Positions 63,371 through 64,000 of a stretch of DNA of 64,000 nucleotides are shown here, piece by piece. Origin of the DNA: Squalus acanthias (Eukaryota); NCBI GenBank assembly GCA_030390025.1, contig CM059437.1, positions 28,582,001 through 28,646,000 on the forward strand, read 5' to 3'. The position numbers and the translations under genes are program-made. The notes beneath the pieces are model-generated. The model did not search any database. It saw only the letters and a program-made list of their open reading frames with translations, and was not told the DNA's origin. Position 1 is the first letter of the stretch, and the number at the start of each line of letters is the position of its first letter.

Positions 63371-64000
63371 GGCCCAGAAATTAAAGACGGAGCCTTCCTG
63401 CGGGGGTAAGGCTTCCCCGCGATATCTCACTGCGCGCCTGCCTTTTCCTTCCGAGCTCGCACGAACTTGAGTTTCTAGACAGCAGCTGTGCAGTGTGTGC
63501 GTATCCCACAGACGCAGTTAATTCGTGCGAGCTGTGGGATCACGTGATTCAGTTAGAGCCAGTGGCAGCACACCATCTTTCATTCATAGTTTTCACAGCA
63601 AGGGCTGTGAAAGCTATTAATACTATACCCCCCCAAAAGAACAGCTAAACCTCAATTAAATTTTTTAAAAAAACCATCACATTAATAAAATAAGTATAGC
63701 TAAATAAATTAACCACTTTAAACCAAAAATTAAATTTTTGAAATTTTTTTAAATCGTTTTAAAAGTTATAAAAATAAACTTACCTTTCTTTAAAGTCTCT
63801 AAAAAAGATATACCTGTTGAAAAAAATTCAAAATAATACTTAATTAACTACTTACCTTGTTAAAAGAGGGTCTTACGCCTCCTTTCTTTATGTGCAAAAT
63901 CTTCCATGCTTACCTGCGCGTTCAAAGCACTAAGTGCACTGCGTGCGCGCAGCCTGTAGCGCGCACGCGGTTCACCTAGGAACCGCCCCCTTTTGAAATC
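63371..64000 (-). mobile_element. Harbinger/PIF-type MITE, family A (more diverged subfamily), runs off the window
   Basis: Starts AAT|ggcccagaaatt and is colinear with 57964-58580. Confidence 0.9.

Overview
Repeat-rich, AT-rich vertebrate genomic DNA, almost certainly a shark or other cartilaginous fish judging by its repeat families. It reads as intronic or intergenic sequence. No intact protein-coding gene is visible, and nearly all ORF-track entries are transposon fragments or chance ORFs. One clean 60-nt candidate exon (11627-11686, +) hints at a large, unidentified + strand host gene. Content: many 5'-truncated CR1, L2 and CR1/L2-group LINE 3' ends; two abundant tRNA-derived SINE families; several families of PIF/Harbinger-type MITEs with 3-bp TSDs (mostly ANT); two very decayed Harbinger-like transposase relics; a hAT-type MITE; and a possible solo LTR. 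The most interesting signals are (i) short TSD-flanked Penelope-type terminal inserts that carry hammerhead-ribozyme cores and start at the ribozyme, including a perfect 80-bp hairpin, and (ii) young ~740-bp MITEs packed with consensus splice signals and present in both orientations. I found no convincing novel protein-coding system. Repeat family names come from recollection of consensus sequences, not database searches, and boundaries of old repeats are approximate.
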